Below are positions 35,275-37,648 of a stretch of 37,648 nucleotides of DNA, one piece after another. A program made the translations under genes and the position numbers. The DNA is from a bacterium (GTDB lineage: Bacteria; Zhuqueibacterota; Zhuqueibacteria; Residuimicrobiales; Residuimicrobiaceae), in contig JAAYTV010000002.1 in the NCBI GenBank assembly GCA_012523655.1, forward strand, positions 1-37,648, in the 5' to 3' direction. The notes beneath the pieces were generated by a model, which was not told the origin of the DNA, ran no database searches, and was given only the letters and a program-made list of their open reading frames with translations. Numbering within the stretch: the first letter of the stretch is position 1; each line of letters begins with the position of its first letter.

Positions 35275-36258
35275 TTGTCGACAGATTTACAGCAAAGACT
35301 GAACCGGTTGAAGGAGCTTATCCAGCCGGGGTTGGCCGCCTATGCGCCGGAACAAGAGCCTATTTCTCTCTACGAGCCCATGCGCTATGCGCTGAGGGGG
35401 GGCGGCAAACAGCTGCGGCCGCTTTTTCTACTTCTATCCTGCGAAGCGGTGGGCGGCCGGGCGAGTGAAGCCCTGCCCGCTGCCCTGGCGCTGGAGCTGG
35501 TGCACAATTTCACTCTGGTGCACGACGACATCATGGATCATGACGAGCTGCGCCATGGCCGCGAAACGGTGTATAAAAAATGGGAGGAGAGCACCGCCAT
35601 TCTGGCCGGCGACGCGCTCCTCGTCCAAGCTTTCCGCGCCCTGGCCGATGTAGAGGCGGCCCTGCTGCCAAGAGTGCTGGCGGGCTTTACCGCCGGCATT
35701 CTGGAGGTATGCGAAGGTCAGGCCTTGGACAAGGAATTCGAACTCAGGGCTTCAGTGACGCTGGATGAGTATTACAGCATGATCGCAAAAAAGACCGGCC
35801 GTCTTTTTTCTTTAGCCTGCGAGATCGGCGGTCTGCTCGGGCATGGCACGGAACAGCAGGTCCAGGGACTGAAGGAGTATGGCGCGTGTCTGGGACGCGC
35901 CTTTCAGATTCAGGACGATGTTCTGGATCTAGTCTCCGAAAAGGCAACGCTGGGGAAAGATATCGGAAGTGATATACGGGAAAACAAAAAAACGTTTCTC
36001 ATGGCCTACTTGTTTCAATACGGCGCGGAGGAGCAGCAGCAACAGATACACCGCTTGGCGAAAAAAAATGAGCTGAGCCGGGAGGAATTGCAGCAGGCTG
36101 TAGCCGTGTTCACCGCGGCCGGCGCCCTGCCATCGGCTGAGACGGAAATAAAACGGTGCATCATGCTGGCGCAGACGGCGCTCCAGCCGATCGAGAATGA
36201 GGAGGCGAAGAATCCTCTCATCCTCATGCTCACCACGCTGGCAAAGCGAACGTTCTGA
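35275..36258 (+). CDS. Polyprenyl synthetase family protein (FPP/GGPP synthase-like)
   Basis: First and second Asp-rich motifs: LVHDDIMD and FQIQDDVLD. The track ORF starts inside the upstream terminator, so I prefer the TTG at 35275, preceded by GGGAGA. The start is uncertain. Confidence 0.85.
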   Translation: MSTDLQQRLNRLKELIQPGLAAYAPEQEPISLYEPMRYALRGGGKQLRPLFLLLSCEAVGGRASEALPAALALELVHNFTLVHDDIMDHDELRHGRETVYKKWEESTAILAGDALLVQAFRALADVEAALLPRVLAGFTAGILEVCEGQALDKEFELRASVTLDEYYSMIAKKTGRLFSLACEIGGLLGHGTEQQVQGLKEYGACLGRAFQIQDDVLDLVSEKATLGKDIGSDIRENKKTFLMAYLFQYGAEEQQQQIHRLAKKNELSREELQQAVAVFTAAGALPSAETEIKRCIMLAQTALQPIENEEAKNPLILMLTTLAKRTF

Positions 36259-36287
36259 TCGCCTGAGCGCTCCAGAAATTGTGCGCG

Positions 36288-36318
36288 AAAAAAAGCGGAT
36301 GCATCATCCGCCTTTTTT
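36288..36318. terminator. Bidirectional rho-independent terminator between convergent genes
   Basis: A7-GCGGATG-CAT-CATCCGC-C-T6 (stem 36295-36301 / 36305-36311). There is an A-run on one side and a T-run on the other. It lies between the stops at 36258 (plus strand) and 36347 (minus strand). Confidence 0.7.
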
Positions 36319-36346
36319 CGCTTCCAAGCCCTGGACCGATCCGGGG

Positions 36347-36904
36347 CTAGTTTCTATCATAGACCAGTCTGGTTTTATGCTCGCCGCGCGGCGTGTCCCT
36401 GGTGGTTTCGACAATCAATTGATTCCCCTGCAGCGAATACACGTCCACGGTTCTCATCTCCCGGCTCTGGCCGTCGCGATTGAAAACCTGCAAAGATTCC
36501 ACGGTCAAGGTTTGGCCGTCCTCCGACCACTTGCACACAGAGGTTTTTTCTCCCAGGCGGCTGTCGTTGACGCATTCTTTGCCGTCCAGCGTATAGGTTT
36601 CACGCACGGTTCTGTCCTCACCGCCGCGGCGTGGCATGGTGCGTTCGATGATCAACTGGTCGCTGTTCTGGGTGATGGTCATGGGGCCGCCGCCCATCCA
36701 GCCGCGTGGGCGGCCCGGATCGCCTTCAAAGCGGGGCGGCCGCATGGTCGAATCGGGGCCGCCGGGATCTCCAGGACCCCGGCGATCGCCCATCTGGCTT
36801 TGGGTTAAATTCAGTTTCCAGGTTCCGGAAAAATCGGTCTTGTTCTGGCTGGTACAAGCCATGCCCATGGCAAAGGGTATCAACAGGGCGCAGATGGTCT
36901 TCAT
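36347..36904 (-). CDS. Hypothetical lipoprotein with a Gly/Pro/Arg-rich linker and a lipocalin-like GTWKL start
   Basis: I prefer the ATG at 36904 (MKTICALLIPFAMGMAC, lipobox-like), with GAGG 5 nt upstream. ..FSGTWKLNLTQSQ.. and the C-terminal beta-rich segment resemble small lipocalin-like domains. I do not recognise a confident family. Confidence 0.65.
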   Translation of the reverse strand: MKTICALLIPFAMGMACTSQNKTDFSGTWKLNLTQSQMGDRRGPGDPGGPDSTMRPPRFEGDPGRPRGWMGGGPMTITQNSDQLIIERTMPRRGGEDRTVRETYTLDGKECVNDSRLGEKTSVCKWSEDGQTLTVESLQVFNRDGQSREMRTVDVYSLQGNQLIVETTRDTPRGEHKTRLVYDRN

Positions 36905-37015
36905 GATCACCTCATCGAATGAGTGGGTTATTTTGTAAAAAGACGTATCTGCTTGCGATTTGTTCTGTTGTTTTTTATTTTATGCCATTCGCCGATTTAA
37001 CCTTCGAGGAACGCA

Positions 37016-37231
37016 GTGCGCATTCCCATGAATATTTTATTTCTCGTCATCGTGTTGATCTGCCTGGAACGGGTGGTCAGCCTGGCGATCAAAGGCGACC
37101 TGTTCAAACCCGGCGCCCTGCAGGACTCTTTTAGAGAACTGGGCAAGACGGTTTGGCTGGGCATGCGTCTGTTTGTGATCTTTTGGATTCTCTACCTGGC
37201 GTTATTATACTGGGTACAACACCGGCCTTGA
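37016..37231 (+). CDS. Small (71-aa) two-TM hypothetical membrane protein
   Basis: The GTG at 37016 has GAGGA 5 nt upstream. There are two hydrophobic helices (NILFLVIVLICL.., LFVIFWILYLALLYWV). Third-codon positions are G/C-rich, as in neighbouring genes. I recognise no homology. Confidence 0.45.
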   Translation: MRIPMNILFLVIVLICLERVVSLAIKGDLFKPGALQDSFRELGKTVWLGMRLFVIFWILYLALLYWVQHRP

Positions 37232-37248
37232 AGAAACGCCTCTCCCTC

Positions 37249-37648
37249 TCACTCCCGCCTGCGCGATAACATGCCGGCCTGATCATACACGGCTTCAAAC
37301 GAGCCGTCATCCAAACCAAGATGCTGCAGCAATTCCAGGCTGGACAAAAGCGCCTCCCGTCCACCGGTGCGGACAAAGTGGTTCATCCAGTTGCGCAGAT
37401 AGGCGCGCAGCATCTGTTGGTCCGCCTCGCTCATGGGCAGATTCAGAACCCGCAACTCTTGCAGCAATCCCCGGCTTTCCGCCCATTGTCCAGTGCGGCC
37501 GTACTGATTGAGCGCGGCGAACAAGGCGACACGGCAATTCTGTGCCAGCGCGCTCTCCCGGCGATAGCGATAAAATCCGTCCGCCAGCACGGTGAAGGCT
37601 TCGTAGAACAACCCTCTGTCGAACAGCGCGCGTCCCCAGCGATGGTAC
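37249..37648 (-). CDS. Hypothetical protein, C-terminal part (5' end off the window). It looks like a helical repeat.
   Basis: The frame stays open to the window edge: ..YHRWGRALFDRGLFYEAFTVLADGFYRYRRESALAQNCRVALFAALNQYGRTGQWAESRGLLQEL... The track starts it at an internal TTG (37611). Confidence 0.5.
   Translation of the reverse strand, partial: YHRWGRALFDRGLFYEAFTVLADGFYRYRRESALAQNCRVALFAALNQYGRTGQWAESRGLLQELRVLNLPMSEADQQMLRAYLRNWMNHFVRTGGREALLSSLELLQHLGLDDGSFEAVYDQAGMLSRRRE

Overview
This is a 37.6-kb, gene-dense chromosomal segment of roughly 57% GC by eye. Most genes have strong Shine-Dalgarno sites, and TAG, TGA and TAA are all used as stops. One protein carries a T9SS (Por) type-A C-terminal sorting domain, which suggests an uncultivated Gram-negative of the FCB-superphylum type. 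That placement is inference only.

I saw no rRNA, tRNA, CRISPR array, transposase, integrase or phage genes.

Gene order:
- nadA (partial, minus strand; missing from the ORF track).
- An RND tripartite efflux operon: MFP, RND pump, TolC (plus strand).
- A Gfo/Idh/MocA oxidoreductase and a xylose-isomerase-like TIM-barrel gene split by one in-frame TAG (minus strand).
- An RsmB/RsmF-type m5C RNA methyltransferase (minus strand).
- Two tandem paralogous Cys-cluster proteins (plus strand).
- A complete SUF operon: rrf2-sufB-sufC-sufD-sufT-Rieske-sufS-sufU (minus strand).
- ppiD (minus strand).
- A two-gene surface-protein module (minus strand): a 1489-aa secreted modular protein and a 321-aa T9SS-sorted protein.
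- A CCA-adding/HD-domain nucleotidyltransferase (plus strand).
- yip1-tolC-MFP-ABC ATPase-two FtsX permeases-STAS-pentapeptide repeat protein (plus strand).
- A polyprenyl synthase (plus strand).
- A lipoprotein (minus strand), a small membrane ORF (plus strand) and a partial gene (minus strand).

Most of the window is housekeeping or envelope functions. The parts that deserve a second look are:
1. The giant surface-protein module. It has a near-consensus sigma-54 promoter inside a 546-nt regulatory region. It contains six alternating ~130-aa modules. It ends in an unrecognised tandem C-terminal domain instead of the T9SS sorting domain carried by its small downstream partner.
2. The STAS plus pentapeptide-repeat pair appended to a MacAB-TolC-like exporter.
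3. The duplicated Cys-cluster proteins beside the SUF operon, and the apparently leaderless, operator-containing rrf2 promoter.
4. The single in-frame TAG in the TIM-barrel gene.

I cannot show that any of these is a previously undescribed system without database searches.
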